Source of the DNA: an uncultured Thermoleophilia bacterium
Lineage (GTDB): Bacteria > Actinomycetota > Thermoleophilia > Solirubrobacterales > 70-9
Direction of reading: 5' to 3'
Length of the DNA: 64,000 nt
Assembly: GCA_963803425.1 (NCBI GenBank)
Contig: CAWDMA010000001.1
Span: forward strand, 501,355 to 565,354
Part shown: in pieces, positions 40,782-50,527 of the stretch
Numbering within the stretch: position 1 is the first letter of the stretch
How the letters are laid out: every line of letters begins with the position of its first letter
Made by a program: the position numbers and the translations under genes
The notes under the pieces: model-generated
What the model was told of the DNA's origin: nothing
Seen by the model: only the letters and a program-made list of their open reading frames with translations
The model's database searches: none

Positions 40782-42367
40782 GGCGGATGGCGCTCATAGC
40801 GTGCGGGCTGGCGGCCGCCGCCGGGCTGGCGATCGCCGGCCCGGCGCTCAGCGACGACGGCGGGCCGTACGAGGTGCGGGCGATCTTCGACAACGCGTCG
40901 TTCCTGGTCACCGGTGAGGACGTCCGGGTCGCCGGCGCCACGGTCGGGACCGTCTCGGAGGTCGAGGTGACCAGGCCGGGCGAGACCGATAGCAAGGAGG
41001 GCAACGGCAAGCAGCCGGGGAAGGCCGCGGTCGTGCTCCGGATCGACGACCCCGGGTTCCAGGACTTCCGGGCGGACGCCTCGTGCCTGATCCAGCCCCA
41101 GTCGACCCTGGGCGAGAAGTTCGTCGGGTGCAAGCCGACCCAGCCGCGCGCGGCCGGCACCGAGCCGCCGCCGCCGCTGGACCAGGTCCCCGACGGCCAG
41201 CCGGGCGCGGGCCAGCTCCTGCTGCCGCTGGAGAACAACGGCAAGGCAGTCGACATCGACCTCGTCAACGACATCATGCGGGAGCCGTACGCCGACCGGT
41301 TCCGGCTGATCCTGAACGACCTCGGCGCCGGCCTCGCCGCGCGCGGCAAGGACCTCGAGCAGATCGTCGAGCGGGCGAACCCGGCGCTGCGCGAGACGAA
41401 CCAGGTGCTGGCGATCCTCCGCGACCAGAACCGAACGCTCGCCCAGCTCGCGGACGAGTCGGACACCGTCCTGAAGCCGCTTGCCCGCGAGCGCAGCCAC
41501 ATCACCGGCTTCATCCGCAACTCCACCGTTCCCGCGCAGGCGACGGCCGATCACGAGGGCGACCTCGAAGCGGGGCTGCAGCGGTTCCCCGCCTACCTGC
41601 GCGAGCTCCGCTCGACGATGAACGACCTGCGCGCCTTCTCCGACGCCGGCACCCCGGTGATCACCAACTTCGGCGCTGCCGCGCCCGACGTCACCCGCGC
41701 GCAGCGAGCGCTCGTGCCGCTCTCCTCGGCCGCCACCGACTCGGTCACCACCCTCGGCGACGCCGCCTCCGAGAGCCAGGCCGACATCATCGGCTCCGAC
41801 CCGGTGATCAAGGACGTCCGCGACCTGGCGAAGTCCGCGAAGCCGGGCTCCAAGCAGCTCAACAAGCTGCTCGTCAGCCTCGACAAGCGCCTGTGCGTGG
41901 GCCGCAACCTGGACACGGGCAAGTGCGATACGACGACCACGGGGCTGAGGTCGCTGATGGACTTCATCTTCGGGACCTCCGCCGCCGTGAACGGGTACGA
42001 CGCCTACGGCCACTACCTGCGCACCTTCGGGCTCGTCACCACCTGCACCCAGGTCACCGTCCAGGTGCTCGGCGAGTGCGATGCGCACTTCGGCAGCGCC
42101 GACGAGCGCCAGACCAGCTCCCCCACGACGAGCTCGGCCGGCGGCGGCGGGCACAAGCGCTCGGCCGGCGGCGGCGGGCGTGAACCGAGCACGGGCGGCT
42201 CCGAGAGCGGCGGTGCCGGCCACCCGGCGGCCCCGGCGCCCGCGGACGGGTCGCTGGGCGGCTCGGGAGCGGTGACGCCGGAGCCCAGCGCCGCGATCGG
42301 CGGCCGCTCCAAGCGCGCCAGCCGGGCGCTGCTCCACTTCCTGATCGGGAATGGAGGCAAGCGGTGA
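40778..42367 (+). CDS. MCE family protein 2 of 6 (lipoprotein-like signal, Gly/Ser-rich tail)
   Basis: ATGA overlap with the previous gene. MRRMALIACG is lipobox-like. YEVRAIFDNASFLVTGEDVRVAGATVGTVSEVEV. Confidence 0.85.
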   Translation: MRRMALIACGLAAAAGLAIAGPALSDDGGPYEVRAIFDNASFLVTGEDVRVAGATVGTVSEVEVTRPGETDSKEGNGKQPGKAAVVLRIDDPGFQDFRADASCLIQPQSTLGEKFVGCKPTQPRAAGTEPPPPLDQVPDGQPGAGQLLLPLENNGKAVDIDLVNDIMREPYADRFRLILNDLGAGLAARGKDLEQIVERANPALRETNQVLAILRDQNRTLAQLADESDTVLKPLARERSHITGFIRNSTVPAQATADHEGDLEAGLQRFPAYLRELRSTMNDLRAFSDAGTPVITNFGAAAPDVTRAQRALVPLSSAATDSVTTLGDAASESQADIIGSDPVIKDVRDLAKSAKPGSKQLNKLLVSLDKRLCVGRNLDTGKCDTTTTGLRSLMDFIFGTSAAVNGYDAYGHYLRTFGLVTTCTQVTVQVLGECDAHFGSADERQTSSPTTSSAGGGGHKRSAGGGGREPSTGGSESGGAGHPAAPAPADGSLGGSGAVTPEPSAAIGGRSKRASRALLHFLIGNGGKR

Positions 42368-43812
42368 GGCGCGGCGCGATGGGAACGCTCGCCTCCAGCC
42401 CGACGATGGTTGGCGCGATCACCGTCCTGATCGTCGTCGTCGCGGTGTTCCTCGCCTACAACGCGAACACCGGCCTCCCGTTCGTGCCCACCTATCGGAT
42501 CGCGGCCCAGGTCCCGAACGCGAACTCGCTGGTGCCGTCCAACGAGGTGCGGATGGGCGGCGTCCGGATCGGCTTGGTCGAGGACGTGACGCCGGTCCAG
42601 CACGAGAACGGCTCCACCACCGCGAAGCTCGACCTGAAGCTTGACAACAACGTCCGCGAGATCCCCGAGGACTCGACCGTGGTGGTCCGGTCCCGGTCGG
42701 CGCTCGGCCTGAAGTACCTGCAGATCACCAAGGGAAGCTCGGACCACGGCATCTCGGAGGGCGCCACGATCCCGCTCCGCAACGCGCGCCCGGAGCCGGT
42801 CGAGCTCGACCAGGTCCTGAACACCTTCGACGAGCCCACCCGGCTCGCGATCCGGCGCAACCTGGTCGAGTTCGGGAGCGCGATCGCGGCTCGCGGCCCC
42901 TCCCTGAACGAGGCGATCGGGAAGCTCGCCCCGGCGCTGCGCAGCCTGCAGCCGGTGGCGCGGGTCCTGTCGAATCCGCGCACCCAGCTCGGCAGGTTGT
43001 TCGTGGCGCTCCGCAACACCGCCGCGGAGGTTGCCCCGGTGGCCGAGGTGCAGGCGCAGATGTTCGTCGTGCTCGACACCACGTTCGGGGCGCTCGCCGA
43101 CGTCGCCCGGCCGTTCATCGAGGAGACGATCACGCGGACGCCGCCGTCGTTCGAGACCGCGATCCGGACGCTGCCGCGGATCAGGCCGTTCCTCCGCAAC
43201 ACGACGGGACTGTTCAACGACCTCGCACCGGGCGCGCGGGCGCTCCGAAAGACGGCCCCGGACCTTGCCGACGCCGCCGTCGTCGGCGTGCCGGCGCTGT
43301 TGCTCGGGCCGCGCTTCAACCGCCAGCTTCCGCCGACAGCCGCATCGCTGAAGCGGTTCAACGACAACTCCGGGGCCCGCGCCGGGATCGACCAGCTCAC
43401 CACGTTCTCGGACGAGATCACGCCCACCCTGCGCTTCATCGGCCCCGCCCAGTCGGTCTGCTACTACGGCTCGCTGCTCTTCTACAACCTGTCCAACACC
43501 GGGAGCCTTGGGAACAGCCTCGGCAACTGGCAGCGCTTCATCGTGCTGTCGGCACCCGGTGCCCCCGACTCGGCGAACAACGAGGGCGTCCCGTCGTCGG
43601 GGATCGCGAGCGGCCCGTCGCCGGACGCCAACTTCCTGCACGTCAACCCGTACCCGAACACGGCTGCGAAGGGCCAGAAGCCGAAGGAGTGCGAGGCCGG
43701 ACGCGAGCCGTACACCGCGGGCCAGGTCGTGATCGGCAACACCCCGGGGAACCAGGGGCTGATGCCTGACTCGATCACGAAGCCCAACAAGACGGTCGGA
43801 GGCTCAGGCTGA
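42364..43812 (+). CDS. MCE family protein 3 of 6
   Basis: GTGA overlap. TM helix, then YRIAAQVPNANSLVPSNEVRMGGVRIGLVEDV. Confidence 0.85.
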   Translation: MRRGAMGTLASSPTMVGAITVLIVVVAVFLAYNANTGLPFVPTYRIAAQVPNANSLVPSNEVRMGGVRIGLVEDVTPVQHENGSTTAKLDLKLDNNVREIPEDSTVVVRSRSALGLKYLQITKGSSDHGISEGATIPLRNARPEPVELDQVLNTFDEPTRLAIRRNLVEFGSAIAARGPSLNEAIGKLAPALRSLQPVARVLSNPRTQLGRLFVALRNTAAEVAPVAEVQAQMFVVLDTTFGALADVARPFIEETITRTPPSFETAIRTLPRIRPFLRNTTGLFNDLAPGARALRKTAPDLADAAVVGVPALLLGPRFNRQLPPTAASLKRFNDNSGARAGIDQLTTFSDEITPTLRFIGPAQSVCYYGSLLFYNLSNTGSLGNSLGNWQRFIVLSAPGAPDSANNEGVPSSGIASGPSPDANFLHVNPYPNTAAKGQKPKECEAGREPYTAGQVVIGNTPGNQGLMPDSITKPNKTVGGSG

Positions 43813-45368
43813 TGGCGAACGGGCCCGGGAACACCCCGATGGGCCAGGCGAAGGCCTACGACGAGCGCCTGTACCGGCGCGGTCCGCAGGGGCTGAGCCG
43901 GACCGCGGTCGGGGCGATCGTCGCGATCATCCTCGTCGCCCTCACCTATCTGGCGTTCACGAAGTCGGTCCCGTTCGTCGGCGGCGGGTACGAGGCGAAG
44001 GCGGTGTTCGAGAACGCCGCCACCCTCCGGAAGACCGCGCCGGTCCGGATCGCGGGAGTCAACGTCGGCGAGGTGACCTCGGTCGAGGCGAAGGGGAGCG
44101 CGACCGAGGTCACGTTCACCGTCGACGATCAGGGCCTGCCTCTGCACAGCGACGCGAACATCAAGATCCGGCCGCGGCTGTTCCTCGAGGGCAACTTCTT
44201 CCTCGACATGGACCCGGGCAGCCCCAGCGCTCCCGATCTTCCGGACGGCGGCACGATCCCGATCACCCAGACCTCGGTCGCGGTGCAGCTGGACCAGGTG
44301 CTGACGACGCTGCAGAAGCCGGATCGCAAGAACCTCGCCCAGTTCCTCGAGGGGTTCGGCACCGGCCTCAACCATCAGCCGACGGCGGCGGAGGACAAGA
44401 CCCAGGACCCCGACGTGCAGGGCGAGAGCGGCGCCCAGGCGCTGAACGGCGCGTTCCGCTACGGCGGGGCCGCCGGCCGCGACTCGGCGATCGTCAACAC
44501 GGCGCTGCAGGGCACGCAGCCGAACGACCTGTCGCGCCTGATCGCAGGCAACCGAAGGCTGTTCGGGGCGCTCGTCAGCCGCCAGGAGCAGCTCAAGGAC
44601 CTGATCACGAACTTCAACACGACGGTCGGGGCGCTCGCCGCGGAGTCGACGAACCTGAGCGACACCGTCCGCGAGGCGGCGCCCACGCTGGAGATCGCGC
44701 AGCCCTCGCTTCGCCACCTGAGCGAGTCCCTGCCGCCGCTGCGGGCGTTCGCGCGCGAGCTCGAGCCCAGCATCGCGGAGCTGCCGGCGACGATCCGCGC
44801 CGCGAACCCGTGGCTGCGCCAGACGCACAGGCTGCTTCGCAAGAGCGAGCTGGGCGGTCTGGCGCAGATTCTCCGCAAGGGCACGCCCGGTCTGGCCAAG
44901 ACCACGAACAAGGGGATCGGCCTGTTGCGCCAGAACGGCCTGCTCGGCCTGTGCGCGAGCGACGTGCTGGTCCCGACCGGCAACATCGTGATCGACAACG
45001 CCAGCGGCGCCTACCCGTTCAGCACGGGCCAGCCCAACTTCCGGGAGTTCTGGTACACGGCCGCGCAGCAGGCGGGGACCGGCGGGGACTTCGACGGGAA
45101 CGGGAGCTACCTGCGGATCCAGCCGGGCGGGGGCGACGTGCTCGCCACGACGACGAACCCGGACCCGTCGGAGGTCAAGAACCAGACGCTCTACACCTAC
45201 ACGATCTCGGACCCGCTCGGGACCCGGCCGAACGTGGCGGCCTCGGCGAAGCCCCCGTTCGACACCGACACGAAGTGCCACAAGAACCCCGTCCCCGATC
45301 TGAACGGGACCGGCGGCAGCGGTCTCCCGGGTGACATCGGGTCGCCACAGCCGGAGACGCTGCCATGA
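43812..45368 (+). CDS. MCE family protein 4 of 6
   Basis: 1-nt start/stop overlap (TGATG). TM helix, then YEAKAVFENAATLRKTAPVRIAGVNVGEVTSVEA. Confidence 0.85.
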   Translation: MANGPGNTPMGQAKAYDERLYRRGPQGLSRTAVGAIVAIILVALTYLAFTKSVPFVGGGYEAKAVFENAATLRKTAPVRIAGVNVGEVTSVEAKGSATEVTFTVDDQGLPLHSDANIKIRPRLFLEGNFFLDMDPGSPSAPDLPDGGTIPITQTSVAVQLDQVLTTLQKPDRKNLAQFLEGFGTGLNHQPTAAEDKTQDPDVQGESGAQALNGAFRYGGAAGRDSAIVNTALQGTQPNDLSRLIAGNRRLFGALVSRQEQLKDLITNFNTTVGALAAESTNLSDTVREAAPTLEIAQPSLRHLSESLPPLRAFARELEPSIAELPATIRAANPWLRQTHRLLRKSELGGLAQILRKGTPGLAKTTNKGIGLLRQNGLLGLCASDVLVPTGNIVIDNASGAYPFSTGQPNFREFWYTAAQQAGTGGDFDGNGSYLRIQPGGGDVLATTTNPDPSEVKNQTLYTYTISDPLGTRPNVAASAKPPFDTDTKCHKNPVPDLNGTGGSGLPGDIGSPQPETLP

Positions 45369-46690
45369 GGCGCGCGATCCGCGAGCACCTCGGTGACTTC
45401 ATCGCGATCGTCGCGCTGCTCGTGATCGGGGTGGCGGTGACCGGGGCGGTGCTGTCGCAGCAGCAGTATCCCTACCCGGACTGGATCCCGTTCCTCGGCA
45501 AGGACCGGTTCGAGTTGAAGGCCAGGTTCACCACCGCGCAGGCGGTCACCCCGGGCCAGGGGCAGACGGTGAACATCGCGGGAGTCGAGGCCGGGGACGT
45601 GACCAAGGTCGAGCTCGACAACGGCGAGGCCGTCGTCACGATGTCGGTCGACGACAAGTACAAGTCCCTGATCCACGACGACGCGACGATCGTGATGCGC
45701 CCGCGGACCGGGCTCCAGGACATCACCCTGGAGATGGATCCAGGGACGAAGGGCAAGCCCGTCGAGGACGGGACGACGCTCCCGGTCTCCCAGACGCAGC
45801 CGAACGTGCAGCCGGACCAGATCCTGGCGACGCTGGACGGGGACACGCAGGGGTACCTGAGGCTGCTGCTGCAGGGCGGCGCCCAGGGGCTCGGCGGTCA
45901 CGGCAAGGAGCTGTCCGCGGGGCTGCGCCGGTTCGAGCCGTTCACCCGCGACGTCGCGAAGATCAACAAGCTGCTGGCGAAGCGGCGCGAGAGCATCCGC
46001 GGGTCGATCCACAACTTCCGCCTGGTCGCCGAGGAGCTCGGCCACAACGACAAGCAGGTCGCTGAGTGGGTCGACGCCTCGAATGCCGCGCTGCGCGGGT
46101 TCGCGAACCAGGAGGCATCGATCCGCGAGACGCTCCGCGAGGCGCCGTCCGCGCTGGGTGCCACCCAGCGCGCCCTGCGCAGCTCGAACCGGTTCTCGCT
46201 CGCTGCGGCTCCGTCGCTGCGCGCCCAGACGTCGGTCGCCCGCACGCTCGGCCCCGCCCTGAAGGCCTCGCGTCCGTTCTTCCGGAAGACCACCGGGCCG
46301 ATCAAGAAGCAGATCCGTCCGTTCACCCGCAAGGTCCAGAAGCCGTTCCGGCACCTGCAGCAGGCCGCCAACCCGCTGGCCGCCACCACGAAGAACCTGC
46401 GGGGGGGCCTGAGCCAGCTGAACGAAGTGTTCAACGCGCTTGCCGCCAACCCCGACGGCAGCCAGGAGAGCTTCCTGTTCTGGGCGGCGTGGCTGAACCA
46501 CAACCTGAACGCGCTCAGCTTCGTCCAGGACGCGAACGGGCCGATCCCGAGGGGCGTCGTCCTGCTCAGCTGCGCGACGGCCGGGCTCGCCGAGGGCGTG
46601 TCGCTGCGCGACGAGACGTACAAGTTCCTGCTCGACGTGAACCGGACCGTGAGGCGCCAGGAGATCGAGGACCTCGGAGGGTGCGGCTAG
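45365..46690 (+). CDS. MCE family protein 5 of 6
   Basis: ATGA overlap. TM helix, then FELKARFTTAQAVTPGQGQTVNIAGVEAGDVTKVEL. Confidence 0.85.
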   Translation: MRRAIREHLGDFIAIVALLVIGVAVTGAVLSQQQYPYPDWIPFLGKDRFELKARFTTAQAVTPGQGQTVNIAGVEAGDVTKVELDNGEAVVTMSVDDKYKSLIHDDATIVMRPRTGLQDITLEMDPGTKGKPVEDGTTLPVSQTQPNVQPDQILATLDGDTQGYLRLLLQGGAQGLGGHGKELSAGLRRFEPFTRDVAKINKLLAKRRESIRGSIHNFRLVAEELGHNDKQVAEWVDASNAALRGFANQEASIRETLREAPSALGATQRALRSSNRFSLAAAPSLRAQTSVARTLGPALKASRPFFRKTTGPIKKQIRPFTRKVQKPFRHLQQAANPLAATTKNLRGGLSQLNEVFNALAANPDGSQESFLFWAAWLNHNLNALSFVQDANGPIPRGVVLLSCATAGLAEGVSLRDETYKFLLDVNRTVRRQEIEDLGGCG

Positions 46691-48271
46691 ATGGAGACCC
46701 GCCCACCCACACCGATCCAGCTGCTGATCGCCGTCGCCTTCGCGATCTCCTGCTTCGGGCTGCTGCTGTTCCTGTGGCTCTCGTTTGGCGGGCCGACCCC
46801 GCTGAAGCCGCAGAGCTACCAGTTCAGGGTGCCGTTCGACGAGGCGACCCAGCTTCCGGCCGAGGCCGACGTGCGGATCTCCGGGGTATCGGTCGGCAAG
46901 GTGAAGTCGGTCGACCTGAACGACAAGGGACGGGCCGAGGCGACGGTCGAGATGGATTCGAAGTACGCGCCGATCGCCTCCAACACGCGCGCGATCCTGC
47001 GCCAGAAGACGCTGCTCGGCGAGACCTACGTTGAGCTGACGCCGGGCTCCCCTGACGCCAGCCCGGTGCCGAAGAACCCGCTTCCCGAGGGCGGCAAGCT
47101 CCGCGCCGCCCAGGTCTCCGACGCGGTCCAGCTGGACGAGGTGTTCCGGGCGTTCGACGAGCCGACCCGCGAGGCGTTCCAGGTATGGCAGCAGTCGGCC
47201 GCGCTCGCCCTGCACCATCGCGGCGAGGACCTGTCGGCGGCGTTCGGGAACCTGGGCCCGTTCGCCGACGAGCTCGACCGGGTGCTGCGCGTGCTCGACA
47301 CCCAGCGGATCCAGACCCGCAACTTCGTCCGCGACACCGGCGAGGTGTTCGACGCGTTCAGCGAGCGCCAGGGCCAGCTTCGGGGTCTGATCAGCAACTC
47401 CGAGCGGGTGTTCTCGACCACCGCCGCCCGCAACCAGAGCCTCCGGGAGCTGTTCCAGGCGCTCCCCACCTACCTGGACGAGCAGCGCCTCACCCTGGCC
47501 CGGCTGGAGCAGTTCTCGGGCGACACGAACCCGCTGATCACCCAGCTTCGCCCCGCTGCGCGCGAGCTCAGCCCGACCCTGGTCGACCTGGGCCGGCTGG
47601 CGCCGCAGCTGCGCGACTTCTTCATCGGGTTCCGGCGGGCCGCGAACCGCGCCAAGCCGGGGTTCCCCGCGCTGCGCGAGGTGCTCGACGATCAGCTGCC
47701 GCCGTTCCTGACCGATCTCGACCCGCTGCTTCGCAACCTCACCCCGATCGTGCAGGTGGTGAGGAAGTACCAGCAGGACGTCACCGGGTTCCTCGGCAAC
47801 GTCGCGGCGGCGACGCAGGCCCGGCGTTCCGCGCCCGAGGAGCCCGCGAACGGGGCGATCGTCCACTACCTGCGGACCGGCGCGCCGGTGGGTCCGGAGT
47901 CGGTCGCCGGGTATCCCAACCGGCTCCGCGTGGACCGCTCCAACCCGTACATCCAGCCCGGCGGGTACAACAGCATCGCCAGCGGCCTGGCGAGCTTCGA
48001 GACGCGTCAATGCTCCACCGGGATCACCGCCACGTTCCCGGCCAAGGCGACGGCGATCGCGGATCCCGCGTTCGCCGACTGGGCCCGCTACCCGGTCGGG
48101 TCGACCGAGCTGGGCGACTTCTACGATCTGCTGCGCGCGTTCACGTTCAGGGACGAGACCAGCTCGAACGACATCCCGGCCCCGCCGTGCCGCAAGCAGG
48201 ACCCCTACGAGTCGATCGGCGGCTCGTCCTCCGAGTCCACGGACTACCTGCACGTGTTCGAGCTTCCGTGA
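46691..48271 (+). CDS. MCE family protein 6 of 6
   Basis: Starts directly after the previous stop. TM helix, then YQFRVPFDEATQLPAEADVRISGVSVGKVKSVDL. Confidence 0.85.
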   Translation: METRPPTPIQLLIAVAFAISCFGLLLFLWLSFGGPTPLKPQSYQFRVPFDEATQLPAEADVRISGVSVGKVKSVDLNDKGRAEATVEMDSKYAPIASNTRAILRQKTLLGETYVELTPGSPDASPVPKNPLPEGGKLRAAQVSDAVQLDEVFRAFDEPTREAFQVWQQSAALALHHRGEDLSAAFGNLGPFADELDRVLRVLDTQRIQTRNFVRDTGEVFDAFSERQGQLRGLISNSERVFSTTAARNQSLRELFQALPTYLDEQRLTLARLEQFSGDTNPLITQLRPAARELSPTLVDLGRLAPQLRDFFIGFRRAANRAKPGFPALREVLDDQLPPFLTDLDPLLRNLTPIVQVVRKYQQDVTGFLGNVAAATQARRSAPEEPANGAIVHYLRTGAPVGPESVAGYPNRLRVDRSNPYIQPGGYNSIASGLASFETRQCSTGITATFPAKATAIADPAFADWARYPVGSTELGDFYDLLRAFTFRDETSSNDIPAPPCRKQDPYESIGGSSSESTDYLHVFELP

Positions 48272-48425
48272 GCGAAACTCCCTGCTGGTGTTGCAAAACA
48301 ATGTAGGCTTGCTCGCAACGACCGCTACTAAGCGGTGGCGGGAGTGTTGTTTAGAGGAGGAATAGGGAGCGTGGGATGCGGCGCTGGTGCCGCGATCGCG
48401 CGGTCCCGTCAACGAGGAGGAGTAA

Positions 48426-49337
48426 ATGCGAAAGCGTCGCATTGGCTATGTAGGCGCCTTGGGGCTCGCGCTCGCCGTGGCGATCCCCGCGAGCGCGATG
48501 GCCGCTGGCACGCAGAAGGTCGAGGCCGGGTTCCAGCCGACGACGACGAAGGCGGATGCCCAGCTGGACTTCCCGGTGCCGCCGTTCCCGATTCCGCCCA
48601 GCTCGGCGGACCTGGGCGGCAAGGACAGCAAGCACGGAACGCAGTACACGCGGCTGTTCCTGAAGGACTTCACCGCCCCGGTTCCCGAGGCGGGCGTGTT
48701 CGACATCTATGCTCCCGAGGAGCTCACGTACACGACCAAGGGTCTCGCCCAGTGTGATCCGGCGACGATCCGCGGCCAGGACGCGGCTACGGCCAAGAGC
48801 CTGTGTGAGGACGCGCTGATCGGCGCCGGCAAGTCCGACGCGTTCCTCGGCCAGGGCGTGCCGGGTGCAACCGGCCCCGTCCTGACCGGCGGGGTGGCGC
48901 TGTTCAACGGGACGCCGCAGAACGGCCACCCGACGGTGCTGTTCCACGCGACGGCCGGGACGCCGGTGACCCTGATCAGCGAGATGATTCCGTTCAACCA
49001 GGACGGGTTCGGAACCCTGTTCCACACCCTCGTCGCGCAGAGCGCCGGCGGAGCAGTCCCGGACGGGATCCCGATCACGGACACCGCGTTCACGATCAGC
49101 AAGGACTACACGGACGCGAAGCTCAAGAAGCAGTCCAAGAAGCTGAAGAAGAAGGCGAAGAAGGCGTCTGGCAAGAAGGCCAAGAAGCTGAAGAAGAAGT
49201 CGAAGAAGAAGAAGCAGCAGTCGAAGAAGAGCTGGGTCGTCGGGAAGTGCACCGACGGCGAGCTCACCACGAAGATCAACGTCTCGTACGTGAGCGGCCC
49301 GGCCCAGACCGACAGCGTCACGCAGGCGTGCACCTAG
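48426..49337 (+). CDS. secreted hypothetical protein with internal poly-Lys tract, copy 1
   Basis: 303 aa. Signal peptide MRKRRIGYVGALGLALAVAIPASAMA; K-rich tract KLKKQSKKLKKKAKKASGKKAKKLKKKSKKKKQQSKKS; ends ...SVTQACT. Confidence 0.8.
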   Translation: MRKRRIGYVGALGLALAVAIPASAMAAGTQKVEAGFQPTTTKADAQLDFPVPPFPIPPSSADLGGKDSKHGTQYTRLFLKDFTAPVPEAGVFDIYAPEELTYTTKGLAQCDPATIRGQDAATAKSLCEDALIGAGKSDAFLGQGVPGATGPVLTGGVALFNGTPQNGHPTVLFHATAGTPVTLISEMIPFNQDGFGTLFHTLVAQSAGGAVPDGIPITDTAFTISKDYTDAKLKKQSKKLKKKAKKASGKKAKKLKKKSKKKKQQSKKSWVVGKCTDGELTTKINVSYVSGPAQTDSVTQACT

Positions 49338-49372
49338 CCCGCTGAGCGAGAGGGCTCTCGAGCCCGATGCTG

Positions 49373-49408
49373 GAGAGGGGCGGCCTTCGGGCCGCCCCTC
49401 TCATTTGG
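49373..49408 (+). terminator. rho-independent terminator-like hairpin after copy 1
   Basis: GAGAGGGGCGGCC-TTCG-GGCCGCCCCTCTC (13-bp stem) followed by ATTTGG. Confidence 0.65.
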
Positions 49409-49530
49409 TCGTGCCGCTACAAACCGGCCGGCCGCGTGTTGCTACAAGTGGATGTGCAGGCGGGCGCTGCCCGGCGCCGCGTTTTGCGTGATCAAGCGGG
49501 GGAGCGCGCGACAAGGAGGAGGAGGAGGAA

Positions 49531-50499
49531 ATGAGAAAGCGTCGCATTGGAAAGCGTCGCATTGGCTATGTAGGCGCCTTGGGGCTCGCGCTCGCCGTGG
49601 CGATCCCCGCGAGCGCGATGGCCGCTGGCACGCAGAAGGTCGAGGCCGGGTTCCAGCCGACGACGACGAAGGCGGATGCCCAGCTGGACTTCCCGGTGCC
49701 GCCGTTCCCGATTCCGCCCAGCTCGGCGGACCTGGGCGGCAAGGACAGCAAGCACGGAACGCAGTACACGCGGCTGTTCCTGAAGGACTTCACCGCCCCG
49801 GTTCCCGAGGCGGGCGTGTTCGACATCTATGCTCCCGAGGAGCTCACGTACACGACCAAGGGTCTCGCCCAGTGTGATCCGGCGACGATCCGCGGCCAGG
49901 ACGCGGCTACGGCCAAGAGCCTGTGTAAGGACGCGCTGATCGGCGCCGGCAAGTCGGGGGCGTTCCTCGGCCAGGGCGTGCCGGGTGCAACCGGCCCCGT
50001 GCTGTACGGCGGGGTGGCGCTGTTCAACGGGACGCGGCAGAACGGCCACCCGACGGTGCTGTTCCACTCGACGGCCGGGACGCCGGTGACCCTGGTCAGC
50101 GAGATGATTCCGTTCAACCAGGACGGGTTCGGAACCCTGTTCCACACCCTCGTCGCGCAGAGCGCCGGCGGAGCAGTCCCGGACGGGATCCCGATCACGG
50201 ACACCGCGTTCACGATCAGCAAGGACTACAAGGACGCGAAGCTCAAGAAGAAGTCCAAGAAGCTGAAGAAGAAGTCGAAGAAGTACAAGAAGAAGGCGAA
50301 GAAGGCGTCCGGCAAGAAGGCCAAGAAGCTGAAGAAGAAGTCCAAGAAGCTGAAGAAGAAGTCGAAGAAGAAGAAGCAGCAGTCGAAGAAGAGCTGGGTC
50401 GTCGGGAAGTGCACCGACGGCGAGCTCACCACGAAGATCAACGTCTCGTACGTGAGCGGCCCGGCCCAGACCGACAGCGTCACGCAGGCGTGCACCTAG
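49531..50499 (+). CDS. secreted hypothetical protein with internal poly-Lys tract, copy 2
   Basis: 322 aa. Same as copy 1 except for a 15-nt N-terminal duplication (KRRIG x2), 7 substitutions and a longer Lys tract. Confidence 0.8.
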   Translation: MRKRRIGKRRIGYVGALGLALAVAIPASAMAAGTQKVEAGFQPTTTKADAQLDFPVPPFPIPPSSADLGGKDSKHGTQYTRLFLKDFTAPVPEAGVFDIYAPEELTYTTKGLAQCDPATIRGQDAATAKSLCKDALIGAGKSGAFLGQGVPGATGPVLYGGVALFNGTRQNGHPTVLFHSTAGTPVTLVSEMIPFNQDGFGTLFHTLVAQSAGGAVPDGIPITDTAFTISKDYKDAKLKKKSKKLKKKSKKYKKKAKKASGKKAKKLKKKSKKLKKKSKKKKQQSKKSWVVGKCTDGELTTKINVSYVSGPAQTDSVTQACT

Positions 50500-50527
50500 C
50501 CCGCTGAGCGAGACGCAGGCATGAGCG

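Noticed and set aside
45197-48442. 1081-aa antisense ORF opposite mceD-F. Similar long antisense or alternative-frame ORFs occur at 2100..3719, 8560..10740, 40616..42337, 43482..45281, 49492..51909 and 33457..34581
   Set aside because: Each is fully overlapped by a gene with clear family motifs on the other strand or frame. Their translations are Arg/Pro/Gly/Ala-rich with no motifs. This is the expected by-product of stop-codon-poor GC-rich DNA.
49106-49333. Phe-rich ORFs (FFFFDFFFSF...) on the minus strand at 49106..49333 and 50226..50495
   Set aside because: They are simply the reverse complement of the AAG (Lys) tracts of the duplicated plus-strand genes.
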